A stretch of 64,000 bases of DNA, taken from contig CAJINV010000005.1 of the NCBI GenBank assembly GCA_905178155.1, positions 6,187,207-6,251,206 on the forward strand. The letters are read 5' to 3'. Below are positions 33,375 to 46,525 of the stretch, piece after piece. The stretch's first letter is position 1, and every line of letters begins with the position of its first letter. The notes under the pieces were generated by a model. It saw nothing but the letters and a program-made list of their open reading frames with translations, searched no databases and was not told where the DNA came from. Position numbers and translations under genes: made by a program. This DNA is from Amoebophrya sp. A120 (Eukaryota > Protista > Dinoflagellata).

Positions 33375-36048
33375 GGCGTGGGCCTGTAGGCGTTAATTCG
33401 GGGTGGGTGGGTTGGTCGGTTGGTTGGTTATGCAAATTTCCCGTGGAACCAAACCCGCTGCGCTGTATCTTGTGTTTTTCTGAGATTCATCTAACTACTA
33501 TCACCGTTGAAGCTGCCTACCTACCCACCTACCGGCTCTCTCTACGATCGTACTACCGTGATCGCGCCGACCCAACTACCTACCTACCCCTTTCCACCCA
33601 GAGGAGATCGGTGACCACGCCTACCGACCCACCCACCCACCTGCCGGGTGGGTGGGTGGGCCGAGCTTGCGTTGCCTATTGGCCACGCCTACCGACCTAC
33701 CCACCCACCTGCCTGGTGCGGGGGGCAAGGGTGCGCGGCCTATGCATTCATTGGCCACACCTACCGGCCTACCCAACCACTTGCCTGGTGGGCGGGTGGG
33801 GTGAGCGTGCGTTGTCTATTGGCCACGCCCAACGACCTACCCACCCCTCTGCCTGGTGGGGAGGGTGGGGCGCGCGTGCGTTGCCTATTGGCCACGCCTA
33901 CCGACCTACCCACCCACCTGCCGGGTGGGGGGGGGGCAGGCGTGTGCTGCCTATTGGCCACGCCTACCGACCTACCCACCCACCTGCCGGGTGGGGGGGG
34001 GGGCAGGCGTGTGCTGCCTATTGGCCACGCCTACCGACCTACCCACCCACCTGCCTGGTGGGGGGGTGGGGCGAGCGTGCGAGCGTTGCTCAGTGGCCAG
34101 GCCTACCGACCTACCCACCCGCCCACCTGCCTGGTGGGGGGGTGGGGCGAGCGTGCCTTGCCTATTGGCCACGCCTACCGACCTACCCACACACCTGTCT
34201 GGTGGGGGGGGGCAAGCCTGCGCGGCCTATTGACCACGCCTACCGACCTACCCACCCACCTGCCTGGTGGGGGGGTGGGGCGAGCGTGCGTTGTCTATTG
34301 GCCACGCCTACCGACCTACCCACCCCCCTGCCTGCCTGGTGGGAGGGGTGGGGCGCGCGTGCGTTGCCTATTGGCCACGCCCACCGACCTACCCAACCAC
34401 CTGCCGGGTTGGGGGGGGGCAGGCGTGTGCTGCCTATTGGCCACGCCTACCGACCTACCCACCCACCTGCCTGGTGGGGGGGTGGGGCGAGCGTGCGTTG
34501 CCTAGTGGCCAGGCCTACCGACCTACCCACCCACCTGCCTGGTGGGGGGGTGGGGCGAGTGTGCCTTGCCTATTGGCCACGCCTACCGACCTCCCGGCCC
34601 ACCTACCTTGGCACGGGTGAGCATGCGCTGCCTGCTGGCCACGCCTACCGACCTACCGACCCACCTGCCTTGGCACGGGTGAGCAAGCATGCGCTGCCTG
34701 CTGACCACACATGCCGACCCACCCACCCACCTTCCCTGGCAGGGGTGAGGGCGCGCCCTAAAGGTTCAACGCTTCGACCAGACACAGACATACTTGCACC
34801 CAATGCGATCCCAGGCACTTAAGTTTGTTCTTGGTTCTCAAATTGATTCTGATCCTCAGTGACTTTGTTGTGAGTGGCACAATCACAACGAGAAAAGAAA
34901 AACAAATCCTCTGCCTCAGGGTCAGGCCTTCATTGGTGCGCTGGCTTGGTTCGTTTCATTCTCACAAGATGAAGCCGAGCTCCTTCGGCGGGAGGAAGAA
35001 AAATGTCGCAGCTCGTTCTCTCTGGCCCTGGCCTGCGCACGCAGTGCGCTTTGTGGCGAGGGTGGAGAAGCGCCGCGCATAGACGTATCGCCTACCTCAG
35101 TGTATGTAGTTCACTCTATCGCAACTAAAACCCCGACCACTTGCGAGGGGAAATCTAAAAGCTGCCATAGCAGTGGGGTTCTAGACTTCAAGTGGCGCCC
35201 CGCGGATGCGGTCGGCGTTGTGGCCGTGCCGCGCCGATGGGCCCCGGGCAACTAAAAGCGCCACAGGCTGCTAGATCAAAGACCGCCCTTTACGGGCGGG
35301 GCGCTTTTCATCAGGATGGGCATCATTTCACCCATTTCGGTGCCCGCGATAGCAAACCGTTTACGCGGGAGCCTTTGCGGGCCACCACACACGGGCCAGG
35401 CGTCGCCGGCCTGCAGCCAAGACTGTCTCTGAGCAGTTGTAGTTCTTCATCACTTCACTCTAACTGGGCGCTGCCCCAGCTCCCGCATTTTCGTTGTCAC
35501 ACGCATCAAGAAGTAGGTGGGTGGGAAGGTAGGTGTAGACGCGCCTCCGTTGCGCCCCGCAAGTGAAAATCGCCCACACCTGGAGGACACGCGGACGCAT
35601 CATTGTCCAATGACGACCAACCAACCCACCTACCCACTGCTCAGCCACGAAGGAGGGCGTGATCTTTTTTGTTTCGGTTGATTATGAATGGACGAGAGGA
35701 GCGTCAGTATCACGAGGTAGGTAGGTAGGGAGGTAGGTGGGTAGCGTGCATCTCATTCCCGATATCAAAGCACAACTTTCTCCAGCTTCGATTGTGGGAA
35801 GCAGAACGTCGTCGACAGACTCACGTACATCAGGATAAGCGAAATAGCGACACCGCGACGCCGAATATGTCTCCGCCACAATACGTCCACCACCAAACGC
35901 AAACCAGACGCACGTCGACCTCACCACGCACTGCGACTCCGGAAGAATGTTTTTCTATAACCCGCGACGGCCCGCCGTCTTCAGCATTTGCATAACCAAC
36001 CAACCGACCAACCAACCCACCCCGAATTAACGCCTACAGGCACACGCC
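33375..36048. mobile_element. Non-autonomous TIR DNA transposon (2.7 kb), TA-flanked
   Basis: ~63-bp TIR ggcgtg(g/t)gcctgtaggcgttaattcggggtgggt..ggttatgcaaat; TA at 33373-33374 and 36049-36050. Confidence 0.85.
33613..34745. repeat. G/C-rich tandem array, ~60-68 bp unit, about 17-18 copies
   Basis: Unit gcctattggccacgcctaccgacctacccacccacctgcctggtggggggtggggcgagcgtgcgtt. Confidence 0.95.
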
Positions 36049-36401
36049 TACTCTATTTTTCAATCAATGACCATATCGATATCCAGGAGGAAAACGAAAA
36101 GCGTGCGGCTACTTGTCGTTGGTTGCACATGGAGGAAGACACTAATGGTCACAAGTGTCCTCGTTCGTCTTCGTAGTAAATAAAGGACTTTTGTTCAAAC
36201 CGAAAATATTACGGTAATGCAACAACCACAACTGCAACTGCAGCTGAGCCGGTTCTTTGCGTACAACTCCAGCTATTTGTAGACTGCTCTAGTTTGTAGT
36301 CTGCTTTAGAATCTAGCCTGTAGTCGACCTTCTTCCTCGCTGGTGGTTGAGGTTCTTCCTACATGATTGCAATTCCAATTTGTTTCATGATCGTAAATTC
36401 T

Positions 36402-37558
36402 GATGATGTAAATCTATTCGAGGTAGTCCCCTTAGATTATCCTCTTCCGTCCTCTAAGTCTCATGATTGCTTGGATTGGTAGTCTTTCGCTGTTGTTGTT
36501 TGCTTGAAAGGAGAGTGCTGAAGATGTATTGCTGCTGCTTGTTGTTTTCGCTGATCCTGTTGTTGCGCCTGTGGTGATGTCTCGCCATAGATTTCGATCA
36601 AGACAATCTTTTACTGTTGCTCGTTTTCGATTGAGATCCGCGTTGATTTCTGCTATCCAGGTCTTCGTTGCTCCTTGCCCTTTTTTTGTCTTGGCGTTCG
36701 GCACGGTGGCTGACAACATCAGCCGCGCCCAACGTTTCGCCGGATACCTTACCACGTGGCCAAAGTATCGCAGTCTTCGCTCTCTAATTTTCTCAGAAAG
36801 CGCCCGGGCCTCCAGCCTGTTGTAGATGTCTCGCGTTTTGACGTGGTCGCGTTTTGTTACTCCGAGACAGTGGCGGAGCTTCTTTTTCCACCACGTGTCT
36901 AACAAGTTCTCGTCACTTTGTCGCAGACACCACGTCTCACATCCCCATGCGAGCACGGGGTAGACGAAGGCGCAGAGGATTTTAAATTTGAGCCGCGGCG
37001 TGAGTATTTTACTGCTGAAGACGTTGGAAAGCTCCCCGGTTTTCTTTTGTGCTAGCAGGATTCTCGTCTCGATGTCGCGCTTGTCGGTGCCGTCTTCCGA
37101 AATGATGGACCCGAGGTAGGCGAATTCCCGCACGCGCTCGATGCTGTTGCCGTCTACGTCGATTGCTTGCTGTTGCTGCTGTTCTGCGTTGAAGCTCATA
37201 AACTTGGTCTTCGTGAAGTTTACTTGCAAGCCAAACGCTGAGAATTTTGCACATAGGTTTTTTGTGACTGCCGTCAGTTTTTCTAGGCTTTGCGCAAAGA
37301 GTCCCAGGTCGTCGGCGTATAGCAGGTGGTCTAGTGCTACTGTTTGCAATTCTTCTGCTTTGTTTACGAGGCGGCCGCAGATGAATTCTACTCCTTCCCC
37401 TACGTCTATGCGCTCCATCACGTAGTTGATGCAGAGGTTGAAAATGATTGGCGATAACAAGCAGCCCTGTTTTGTTCCTGTCGTTGTTTTTGTTTTGCTG
37501 CTTTGCTCTCCGTCCCGCTTTACTGAAAACTGGTGGTCTTTGTATAGCGCCCAGAACC
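36402..37558 (-). mobile_element. 5'-truncated RTE-like non-LTR retrotransposon (RT C-terminal half)
   Basis: GTKQGCLLSPIIFN, LLYADD, FAYLGS, GCETW, RLRYFGHV motifs; 14-bp TSD tgatcgtaaattct at 36388-36401 and 37559-37572; short catcatc 3' tail. Confidence 0.93.
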
Positions 37559-39127
37559 TGATCGTAAATTCTATTTATAGATTCATCAATTCGGTGCTCG
37601 GCTCTGCACTCTTTGCAGACCGATCTGGTTCTGGGCGCGCCCCTCCTCCTCTCCTCGAATAGTAGTACGATAACTGGACGACGAGACATGTAGGTACTTT
37701 TAGCAATGACAATTACGCATACCGACATGAAACGAAAACTGAGAGGCCCAGGATGGTGGAGATTACGCATCATCACCGAGAAATGAATTGATCAACTGGT
37801 GTTGGTACATCTTTAAGTTGAGTTCCTAATGGTAATTGATGGGCCCTCATCGTTGTAATCGCTCATCACTCATCGTCCGGGCCAGTGCAAAGAAGTTCAA
37901 GTAGTCGCGCGTCTTGATCGTCCTGTTGAAAATTGAAATTCGACTGGCAAGAACACACTCGAGGACAACAGCCGTCACCTGTATCATTGACGCTACACAC
38001 GCTCAACTGCAAATCGCTATGTTTTGATTTATGTCCTCTTTGATGAAATTGAATTTTCATTGATTTTGATTTTGTAAAATGTAATTCTCGACGAGGCAGA
38101 AGCCGTTCGCTACAACTTTTCCGATTTGTCCTTTTTTCAACTAGCATGAACAGGCTGTTTTTCTGAAAGTCTTCTACACGGCTAGCAAATACAAGTGCAA
38201 GAAACACAATCACGCATGTTTCTGTAGCTCAGTTTCTGCCCACCTCTACTACAGTCCTTCCTTGGTGCGATCTTGTCAAAAGCAGTTTCCCTGCTGGTCT
38301 GCCACTGTTAGAAACAAAAACATAAACATAAACAACCCTTGTTCTAATCGTAATCTTCTATGTATAAAGATATAAATTTCCTTATCTATGCTTGTACTTC
38401 CTTAGAAAGTGACACACTTGCACTTCTTTGCCTTGACACAAATCAGACAGGAAGCAAAATGGGGAGTGAGACAAGCGTAAAATACTATCGATCCGCAGTC
38501 AGATGGGGCGAAACATCACCTAACTGCACCTTTGCGAGAATGCAATTTCACTCAGCTCGCGCGCGGAGGTGCCATGCTCTACGCGACGAGCGTAGAACTA
38601 AAATCACTCATCGCAAAGATTAGTAATGAAGAAAAATTTCGCGCCAGCTTCAACCCCGGCAGCACATTCTTGTGCTATTGGGCAGGACAGACGAGAGGGT
38701 TAGTGATGAAGACACAAATTCGCAGCAACCTTCTCCGACAACAAACATGACGCCAAGCAACGAGCCCAACACCACAACGCACGAGGCAGTGAACTGTCGC
38801 TGCCCGCTCACGGCAACTGTAATTTGGCGACAACCACAACAGGCACATGGAGCAGCAACCAACGTGTCCTGGTTTTCCTCATAGGCATTACGAGACGCAG
38901 TAGTGTTTTGGAGGAAGAGAGCCGAAAGCAAATAGGTATCCTGACAAACACTATTATAAATAATATAACGCACTACAGCTGCACTAATAATTCTGCATGT
39001 GGCCCGATAAAAACAAAAAAAAGATAATCGCGGCTACTTAGTCGTCACGGTCGACTCTGCTTGTAAAAGGCGGGCAGCTTCCTTTAGCCTGCCAGGCCTC
39101 TCGAGCACTTTCCTTTTGCCTGTCGAC

Positions 39128-39703
39128 CTACGAAGCCCCTTGTCCGCCAGCTGGTCCGCTCAGTTGATGTGGCGCGGACTCGTAGTCCTCGGGGAACGAA
39201 GAAGTGGGGGGGGCGCCCTCTTCCTTTCCCATTTCATCGAACAGGCGCTTCGCCTGGTTCAAATAATATTGAAGCGACCCAAGCGTGTCCGCGAGTTTCC
39301 GCTTATCCTTCCATGAGCTCTCGGTCAGCTGTCGGAGATTTTCCATGTTTGTGTCGGATGTTCCTCCGAATACGATTGCGTTGTAGTCTTTGACGTCTTT
39401 CGCTAGCTGATTTTCCATTTCCTGGAATTTTCTTGATAGGGGTCCAAGGTCCCCGTCAGCATTCAACACCGCGACGCGAAGGGGTTTCAGTTGTTCTTCC
39501 CATTCCGTGTTTTTGGCCATAATCCTCGCCGTGACATCATTCGAATGCCGGGGGCGCGTTTGCGCTTCGCGGGGCTTTTGCTCTGCGACCGCCCCCACCC
39601 TTGGCCCCTCTGTGGCACGCGCGGCAGCGTGCGCGGTTGGCTGTGCTGTCTCTGTTGCGCGCGTGGCCGGCAGCATGGTCGTTGTATCGGGTACGTAGAC
39701 CAA
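39128..39703 (-). CDS. Hypothetical coiled-coil protein (191 aa) in a GC-rich, introner-free block
   Basis: Uninterrupted ORF with helical charged composition (KFQEMENQLAKDVKDY...LQYYLNQAKRLFDEM); no recognised domain. Confidence 0.4.
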   Translation of the reverse strand: MVYVPDTTTMLPATRATETAQPTAHAAARATEGPRVGAVAEQKPREAQTRPRHSNDVTARIMAKNTEWEEQLKPLRVAVLNADGDLGPLSRKFQEMENQLAKDVKDYNAIVFGGTSDTNMENLRQLTESSWKDKRKLADTLGSLQYYLNQAKRLFDEMGKEEGAPPTSSFPEDYESAPHQLSGPAGGQGAS

Positions 39704-42700
39704 TTTCCCAGCGACCCTTCTGCCCTATGATTGCAACGCAGAGAAAAGAAAATGGCGGCCGCATCTGAAACGAGTGCCGAACCGCCACCCTGCATCGTGG
39801 CGCGCTTCCTCGTCACACAATGGCTGGAACAGCTTCCACGGCTGCAATGCAGAGCCCCGGCTCCCCGTTCACTGGATACGCGTTTACCCCCTAACCCGAC
39901 GACCTCCGCGACCGCCCCGCCTACGGTGCGCAGGCAGGGTCGCAGAGAATCGACCTGAAGATCACTCGCTGCTATGCGTGCTACGTGTGCTATGCGTACT
40001 ATGCATACTATGCGAGGGTGGGGGAGGTAGGATAAAATGAGGGAGGCGGCCCCCGACCTGCCTGGCCCCCGCCTCCGGGCCAGGTGGGTGCAGGAAGCGC
40101 GCGCCCCTGCGCCAGCAACCACGCCGCAGAGGGCCCCACCGCCTCGGCGCTCCGCAGCTAGGGCCGGTCGGTGTGGCTCGGGTTGGCGCCCTGGCTCGTT
40201 GCTTGGATGGGCCGCAAGGCACGGACCGGCCGCTGCGCTGTTTGCGCCCAGATTTCTCATTATTAATAACTCCGTCGGGGCTCCGCCCTGCCGACCGTGC
40301 CCGGCGCGTGGCCGGGTGCTTGCTACCAAGCAAGCCGGCGCCGCGCGAGCGACCGAATGAGAGAAACAAAGAAGGAAACAAACAACGCAAAAAAAGGCGG
40401 CGCGGGCGGCCAATGCATGGCTTGGGCCTGCGCGCCGCGCGCCCGCCGCAGGCTCTTGCAGCGACGTGACGCTGGCGCCCGCGGCTTAGGTCTTTTCGGC
40501 CGCGGACCCCGTACCAGGGCCGCCAATTCCTCTCCCACAATGGACTGCGCCAAACTGGCCCCAGGTATGCATGCACAGGCACCTTAGGCAGCCGCGCACC
40601 CCAAAGGGGCGGGCGCGCTTTCTCACTTTTGCGCACGGATCTGGCCTTTGTTCATTTCTTTTCCGTAAAGCGCCAGGGGGGTGCAGAGCAACAAAACCAC
40701 GAAGGCCCACACGGCGCGGCATATGCCAATTGGCCCTTCGTCTCGCTGACCCGCGTATCCAAACGCCCCTGAATGTTTCGCCGCTCGTGCTTGGCGTTCT
40801 CCCAGTAATTGTCTGTCGTTACCAAGGTGAAAAGCTCACCCAAGAAGGCGGCTGGCCTCATCTACTTTCGGGTGCCGGTGGCACGCGATTCGCCTGCAAA
40901 CCTTCCGCCGACCCCACGCTCGCGTGAGTGGCGACATCACACCCGAGCCACACGGCCGCCCATGCATGTCATAAACATGTATGCCGAAAAAACGAAAGGC
41001 CAAGGCCCCGCTCGCACGCTGCCCCTCCGCCTGGCCAGGGGCCATTGCCGGGCGCGCGGGGCACTGCGGCTCTGGGCCTTGGACCCGCCGCCGAGCCCTA
41101 TTCTTGACGCACCATGGCCCGCGCGATCGCGACGGCCGACAACTTCATTCTCCGCGCCCCGCCACTGGCTCTTTGTTTTTATTTTTGGCGGTGCCGCTGT
41201 CGCCTCTCTCTCTGTCTCTGTGTGCTATAGGTAGCGGGCCGGCCCAGGCAGGGAGCGAGGCCCCGCCGCCGCGGCTGTGGGTACATACGGGGCCAGAACA
41301 TCAGCAGGGCTAAAGAAATCAACCAGGCACAACGAGAGAAACGCCGCGGCAAATTCTGTGGGGCGCCCTTTTCAGCAATTCTCACGCAGGCGAACCCAGC
41401 CGGACGAACCAGCCCCGCGGGGCCGGGGGTGCCCCAGAGGAAAACAACACACGCGCGCGCGTCTAGGTGGGCGAGATACTGTCTTGACATTGTCAAGCCT
41501 CCTGCGACTAAATGTCTGCTTGACAGCTAAGCCCGAAAACATCTCGCGAGGCGGGGCGCCACCCGTTTTAGCGGTGACCGCCCAAAAAAACGCTGGCCCA
41601 GCGGTGACCACCCGTTGTAGCGATGACCCCAGAGGAAAGCAAAAACAAAAAGTGCGCGCCGCTACAAATAATTATGGCAAAGAGGCGCCCCACGCAATAT
41701 TTGTGCGCCTGCGCCTCAAGCAATGCAAAAACCTAGTGGAGCAACCGGGGACGCAGGCTAACGTCGAACGGCTAGCCCGCGCAACGGGTCTCCATTCGCT
41801 CGGCAATCACGAAGAAGATTCCGAACCGGGCCTCGTCCTGCCCCAAACTGCGATCGCTGTTCTCGATCTTTGAGACTGGCTGGCCTTTCGTCTAGTGCAG
41901 GGCGACTAAAAGGTGTAGCCCTGGACACGTCATGGGGCTTTCATATGTAGGAAACGTCAAAGCCCCGACCCGAAGCGCCCGGGCGTAGACCTCTAGCCCC
42001 AAGACCCATCACGCCATCAATTTGCCTGGAATTCTCCAGACCTAAGCCCTCGCGACCCATGCTTCGCAAATTCCCATGCACTGGCAAAATCCGCCATCAC
42101 CTCTAGTATGCGGCCTGAAAGAACCGCATTCGCAAAGCTGTTAAGAACCGCACTCGCAAAGCATGCGGCCCGATAGTTGTTAAAGGCCGACTTCTAACTA
42201 CTCTCTGGCCCTAAAAATCAGTATAGTCAGCCTATCGAGGACCTCTGCCTTGCTCATATTGTTTTTGTTACTATCATTTTGCACGCCCACGCATAAGCAG
42301 AGGCTCCGGCCTGACATTCTCCATCTCGACTCCCCCTTTTATATATTCCTCTCTCCCGTATATCTATACTTCTTTCCTGCCCCACAGGATCCGCCGCGGG
42401 ATCCCCGTTTGCAAAGCCTATGGCAGGCGCCACCCCCACACCCACGCAGGGGGACGCAAGAAACACGCCATGGCGCAACATCCTGCCTGCGCAGGAATAG
42501 GAGCCTGCCTCAGACGGAGAAGCTTGGCCATCACAAGTAACCTTTTCACCTTTTATAAGAGAACGGCTGGCAAATGCCTTGCCCAACGCTGTGGCATGGC
42601 TCTGGATTCTCCGTCCTTGCGCCCCGTCTGACGTCCGACGCCTGGCCTTTGCGACTTGATCCATTGCCGCTTGCGAAAAGCGTGCAGCATTAGTCCGGGC

Positions 42701-45700
42701 TGTGTCGCGCATTCCTCCTTTTTGCTCGCTTTTGGCAAAATAAAACTGCATCTTCGCAGCTGAGTTCGCAGCCACCGGGCTTAATCAGCCACATGAGCGG
42801 GAAAGCATGGCCCTAGGCTTATTCGCTTCTTCCGCGGCCGGTCGGATGTCCGCGGCTCGGAATCGGATGCAAAAAAAACATAAAAAAACGGGACCGATTT
42901 GCGCGCCAAACAAAAAAAAAGGCTCCTTGCTCGGCCCGAGGATCCAGGCGGCCGCACTCGACCTCTCCTGGGAGAGTGGGTGGCCATGGTCTCTTGTCTT
43001 ATTTGCCACTGGTGATTTGGCGGAGTTCTCAACATCCGGCCGCAGACCGGATACGAAGAGAACTCAACAGCGCAGATGCAGTTTAATTTCGTTTCTCGAC
43101 TCATACCACTTTTTTTCCCTGCCCTCGTCCGGATTGCCAGTCGCAGGACTCTCGGTGGTCTCGCCAGCCTTCCTTTCCCCCATGAACGAGCTCGCTGCGC
43201 TGTCTTCGTTCGCCGGCGCCGTGGCATAAAATTGAAAACGATGTCCACTCTCTAGTAAACACTTTACAACCGCACTATTTCTAGTTGCCCGGCGTGGCTT
43301 TTTCGCTTTCACGTTTAAGCGGAAAGCGACGGAGAACAAGTGAGTTCGCAAATTCACTAAGGAGCACAGGGTAGCCGTAGTTTTCCGCACGACCAGACTG
43401 ATGCGTCGTATGTATGTGATGCGTGTAAACATGCTGATCCTGATGCTGCCCATCTGGCGTACTTAGATACACACTCACGTCACCCTCTTCACGCGAAGTA
43501 GATGTTGTTGAAAACAAAAATACACTATATCAACATCATGCTCTGCCTCTGGCTTTTATATACATTAAATATACACCACACAGCTTCGCTGTCTAAGTAG
43601 CTCGCCCATGGCTAACTGCGGGCTACAGCCAACTACAACAGGTGTGCGCCACGAGGACGAGCACTTCTGCTGTGCTGATCTGTAATTTGAAAGCGAAGCA
43701 CCCAGAAAAGCTTCCGGATAAAAATGGTGCGAACCACGCCCCCGCACGTCACTTCCCCACCTTGGGGAAGAGCTTCCCCTCAAGTGGTGACGTACTTCTC
43801 CAGTGCTTGGGAAATGGGGAAGCCAGGCCCCACTTAATGGGGATTCCAGGCCCCACTTCACCACCACCGGCTGCACGCAATGCCCTGCCGCCCGGAGCTG
43901 CGCTCCGCGGGCCTACCGCCCATCTAAGTGGCCACCATGCATCTGGCGGCAGTGTGGCCTAGGAGGGTGGACATAGCATAGCATATAGCATAGCATACCC
44001 TCAGGATTCAGCGCACTTCTGATGGTGCGCGCAGAAAAGCAGAGCGCGTGAACGCACTTCTAGTGGTGACATGAAACGACACACGGGGCGCGGACGCGGA
44101 GTATTATTTAAGTACTAACGAAACACAGCACTGAAAACGCACCGGGGGCACGACAGCCATGGGGGGTCCAAAAGGCGCAAAGGAGACAAGAGAAGAAAGA
44201 GAAGAGCCAAGGCAAGCAGGCAGGGAAGGAAAGGGTAGAGAGGCTGCAACGCGGAAAGCGGGGCATCTATAGTCGAGGCGAGCCGGCGAGCCGGCGCGAC
44301 GCTCGGCGAACCCTAAGCCCTAGGCCCTAAGACTAAAACACCAAGTCCCTCGCCGGCTCTGCCTCACCTCCGGCTCCGCCCGTTGCGGTGATGATGTGGG
44401 GGGAGGCGGGGAGGTGATGCAGGGGCTGTGGGATGGTGATCCGGGTCGGGTGGTGATGCGCGGGGGAGCGAATGACCCAAAGGAGTGGGAAATTGAGTCA
44501 CACTCCTTCTACCAAAACTTCTCATACCAGGAGAAGTTCCAGGAGCAGAGGAGGTCAGCAAACGAAATGGTCGATGTCTTGGGCGACCAGCTGGGAATGC
44601 ACATGCACGTAGTTGTACGTAAGTACTAGGTAGTGTTACTTAGTTTCTTGGCACGGCAGCAAGACAATATTATTTTCCTCAATTGTTTGTGTAACTGCAC
44701 ATCCCTGAACCTGATCAGAACGGAAGGTTCCCGAAGAAAATGCAAGAGAGCTGCCCGACGAGAAGAACACGAAGTAGGTGTAAAGCGGAGGTGGACAAGC
44801 AGAATTTTCCTTCGGATAAGTTGGTGGTCCTTGCTCGGATGATCGCAGGGAAAGCTTACCACCGAATTGCAAGTTATACCCTATCACTCTTTCTACCCAA
44901 TCAGATGCCCTCTTTCTACTACGTGTAAGTGTATGTCAGGTGCACATATTAGAGCATCATGCCTCCAAATCAATATAACACATGATGACTAGCTCGAGCG
45001 GGCCTCGGCGCTACTCCCTCCTCCGACGCGCGGCAGGAATAGCCTGCCCTGATACCCTAGTGGTAACGTCGTTGACTGAGGCTAGGTTTTTTCGTCATTC
45101 AAGTGTGGAAAGACCCTCACTGGATTAAGATCATCCTCGCTAGAAAAAATAAAGCAAGCTATTAACAGTATCCTAAAAACGCAATCACCCTGACCACCCT
45201 AACGACGTGCAGGACGAACTTGCTCGGGCGGGTTGAGAAAAGGAAACAGCAGTGGCGCGGCCTGGCGGACAGCCAAAAATGACCATCAGAAGAAATGTTT
45301 GTCCCTCTCCCTGAGCAATTCAATGCGGCGATCTGGGCCCCGTAGTCCAATTGCTTAAACTGGTTCCCAATGGTGACGTAGAAGAAAATCCTTAGAGGTT
45401 CCTCGTGTTTCTCTTACGACATGGTGACATTAGCGTTACTTTTGAAGTCCACCAGGAAACACGCACAATTTTTCCTGCTTCGATCTAAAGAAGCATGCGT
45501 CTCCTGGACGTCTGACTCCGATCGCAACCTATAAATATGCTTCATGTTTTTTAGGTGATTAAAAAACATCTCGCGACCAGCTGCAATTTCTGCTCGAAAG
45601 ATGTTTTTGCGGGTGCAAACTTGCAACATTGATGTGCTTTCCCCTGGGATAGACCACCTAGTTTCGATTTTTTTTCGTGCAGAGCCTCCAACAACATGGA

Positions 45701-46525
45701 TGACGACCCGAGGTGCGGAGACAGCTGCTTGAGCAGCAGCAAGCTACACGCTCTTGAGGAGAATGGTATGAAGATACTAATACGTCGTCGGATGCAATCT
45801 TAAGATGTTGATGCTGTGCCCAAAGAAGGCCAATAACTATACATAATACAAAGCATGTGCATTACCAGCATTCGCATCGCCGTCTTGAGCCTGGTTTGTC
45901 CCATTCGGAGTTTCTTTCTCCGCAACACCCGCGGTGCCCTCGACCTTTTACTATGCTACAGAAAAAGAGCATGGCGTCTAACAATGACCAGTCAGAACAG
46001 GAAAAAAAATTGTGGCTACGTCTACCTGTTTTAGTTTTTCACCTGCTCCAACATCATTTCTCACTTCCGCATCTAAATTCTTGATGTTGTGATGATGATG
46101 TAAGGAGGCCAAGTTCGTATTATGTTCCGCACCATGCCTCTTTTCGGAGCATACCGAAGGAAATTTCTCTTCCGCTGGCACTGTGTTCTCCGCTTGCTTC
46201 TGTTCCACGACAGCGTCTTCTTTTTCCACCTGAAGTTGTGGCTCGGGAGGACTTTTTTTTTGCGTCATGAAGATGAATATTCACAGTTCTATTGCGTAAA
46301 CGTTCCGAGACGGGCGGCCGTTTCTCCTTGCCCTGCAACGATGATCACAGAGCCGAGGCCGACTCGGGAAGATCAGAAACGAATACTAAAAGTCAAACGG
46401 GGCACCCGAACACATACCAATTTGGTTTTTTCTGGCGCTAGGGAGCGTGACAAGCATCCAACCATCTACTGAATTTACATGTCAGACGTATGAAAGTAAG
46501 ATGAACAAAATACTTTCAAAGTGTT

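Noticed and set aside
33344-34822. 492-aa and 285-aa plus-strand ORFs
   Set aside because: Translations of a stop-poor tandem array, open in several frames.
35682-35927. Possible Merlin/IS1595-like transposase fragment (VLLPTIEAGESCALISG)
   Set aside because: Resemblance too weak, catalytic residues not evident, and TA flanks do not match Merlin's 8-9 bp TSD.
44310-44331. ccctaagccctaggccctaag telomere-like repeat
   Set aside because: Three imperfect units only.
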